From NCBI RefSeq assembly GCF_009914755.1, contig NC_060942.1: a stretch of DNA of 64,000 nt; one strand, written 5' to 3'. The position numbers and the translations under genes were made by a program. Shown here in pieces: positions 61,945 through 64,000 of this stretch. Below the pieces are notes generated by a model that saw only the letters and a program-made list of their open reading frames with translations, ran no database searches and was not told the DNA's origin. Numbering within the stretch: the stretch's first letter is position 1; each line of letters starts with the position of its first letter. The DNA is from the human T2T-CHM13v2.0 reference genome, Homo sapiens.

Positions 61945-64000
61945 TCTTTTTAACAACAGTTATTTGAGATATACTCCACATAATAAAAATTCACCCTTTT
62001 AAAGTTTATAATACAGTGTTTTCTTAGTATATTCACAGAGTTGTGCAACCATAACCACTAATTTTAAAACATTTTAAGCACCCCAAAAAGGAACCCTGCA
62101 CCCATAAGCAGTAAGTCCCTTTTTTCCCCTCTCCTAGCACCCGGCCACCATTAATGTACTTTCTGTCTTTATGAATTTGCCTATTCTGGACATTTTATAT
62201 AATTGGGATCATACACTATGTGGCCACTGTAACTGGAGGAGATTTTTATTGGACTTGTGCTGAGTCTGTAGGTCCATTTGGAGAGGATTGCCACATTGGT
62301 AATATTGTGTGTTCTTATGCATGCATGTGGGATATCTTTCCATTTATTTAGATCTTTAATTTCTTTCAACAATATTTTGTAGTCATTAGTGTACAAGTGT
62401 TAGACTATTTGTTAAATTTATTCCTAAGTGTTTTATTCTTTTTGTTGCTATTGTAAGTGTAATTGTTTTCTTAAATTTTCAATTATTCATTGCTAGGATA
62501 CAGAAATACAATTGACTTTTGTATATTATTTTGTACCTGCACTTTTGCTGGACTTATTTTTTTAGTTCTAATAGCTTTTTAGTGGATTTCTTAAGATTTT
62601 CTGTATACAAGATTATGTTATGTGTAAACAGAGATAGTCTCACCTCTTCTTTTCTTATCTGGATACCTTTTATTTCTTTTACTCGTCTAATTGTCCTGGC
62701 TGGAACCTCCAGAGCAGTTTTGAATAGAAATGGCAAGGGTGAACATGCTTGTCTTTTTCCTGAGCTTTGGGGGAAAGCATTCAGTCTCATCATTAAATAT
62801 GATGGTGGCTGTTTTCATAGATGTCATTAGTGAGGCTGGGGATGTTCACTTGTCTTTCTAGTTTGTTGAGTGCTTTTGATCATGAAAGGGTGTTGGATTT
62901 TGTCAAATAGGTTTTCTGCATTGATTGAGATGATCATTTGATTTTTTTCCTTGTTCTATTAATGTGGAATATTGCATTGATTGGTTTTCATATTTTGAAC
63001 CACCCTTGCATTCCTGGGATAAATCCCACTTAGTCATGATGTATAATTTTTTTAATATGCTGCTGGACTTGGTTTGCTGGTATCATGTTGAGGACTTTTT
63101 ATGTCTTTATTCATAAGAGATATTGGTCCATCTCTTATGTTTTTCTTGTGATGTCTTTGACTATCAGGGAAATATTAGCTTCATAGAATAACGTGGGAAG
63201 TGTTCCCTCCTTTCTTATTTTTTTGAAGAGTTTGTGAAGGACAGATGTTAATTCTTCTTAAGCCATTTGGTATAATTTATCAATGAAATGATCTAAGCTG
63301 GGGTGGGAAGTTTTTTGATTACTATTTAAATATCTTCACTCATTACAGGTTATTCAGATTTCCTATTTCTATTTCTTCTTGTGTCAATCTCAGTAATTTG
63401 TGTCTTTGCAGGAATTTGTCCATTTCATCAAGGCTATCTAATATTTTGTCATGTGTTGTTCATAGTATTCCCTTATGCTTCATTTTTATTTCTGCAAGGT
63501 TGGTAGTGATGTCCCTCCCTTTCATACTAATTTTAGTAACTTGTCTTTTTTCTTTTTCCCTTGGTCAATCTACCTAAAGGTTTGCCAATTTCATTGCTCT
63601 TTTTAAAGAACCAACTTTTGCTTTCGTTGATTTTCTCTGTTTGTCTAGTCTCTAGTTCATTTCTTGTCACTCTAGCCCTTATTACTACTTCATTATTTCC
63701 TTCTGCTTATTTTGGTTTTGTTTGCTGTTTCTCTAATTCCTTAAGGTATAAAGTTAGGTTTTGTTTTTTTTCCCTTGGTCAGTCTAACTAAAGGTTTGCC
63801 AATTTCATTGCTCTTTTTAAAGAACCAACTTTTGCTTTCATTGATATTCTCTGTTGTTTGTCTAGTCTCTAGTTCATTTCTTGGCACTCTCGCCCTTATT
63901 ATTACTTCATTATTTCTTTCTGCTTATTTTGGTTTTGTTTGCTATTTCTCTAATTCCTTAAGGTATAAAGTTAGGTTTTTGATTCCCAAATCTTTCTTTT
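61945..64000 (-). mobile_element. Old L1M antisense fragments (3' end and ORF2)
   Basis: ORF track - strand: KEIKGIQIRKEEVRLSLF, KDLNKWKDIP. Confidence 0.82.
63553..63979. repeat. Tandem duplication, ~214-bp unit x2
   Basis: cccttggtca at 63558 and 63772; about 9 substitutions plus a 3-bp indel by eye. Confidence 0.93.

Overview
Human (or closely related ape) genomic DNA containing the complete RNMT gene (mRNA cap guanine-N7 methyltransferase) on the + strand. I rebuilt it from splice signals as 2 non-coding plus 10 coding exons, giving a 1431-nt CDS (476 aa), a ~4.6-kb 3' UTR ending near 38830, and an alternative last exon giving a 504-aa isoform. RNMT shares a CpG-island bidirectional promoter with a head-to-head - strand gene (FAM210A, from known synteny). 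The introns and the 25 kb downstream are dense, often nested, transposon fossils (Alu, L1, L2, MIR, THE1/MST, Tigger, Charlie, MER). I cannot show a new functional biological system from sequence alone. The most unusual object is a ~7-kb TSD-bounded insertion (39270-46260) in which a full-length old primate L1 carries what looks like the spliced 5' end of a KRAB zinc-finger mRNA, and which also hosts a LINE-mobilised polyadenylated LTR fragment. Other points of interest are a 22-23-aa periodic NLS repeat in the RNMT N-terminus, two uORFs, an L1-derived polyA signal, a 68-bp x3 repeat with AATAAA in each unit, and several template-switch scars. Repeat family names come from recalled consensus sequences rather than a database search, and repeat boundaries are approximate.
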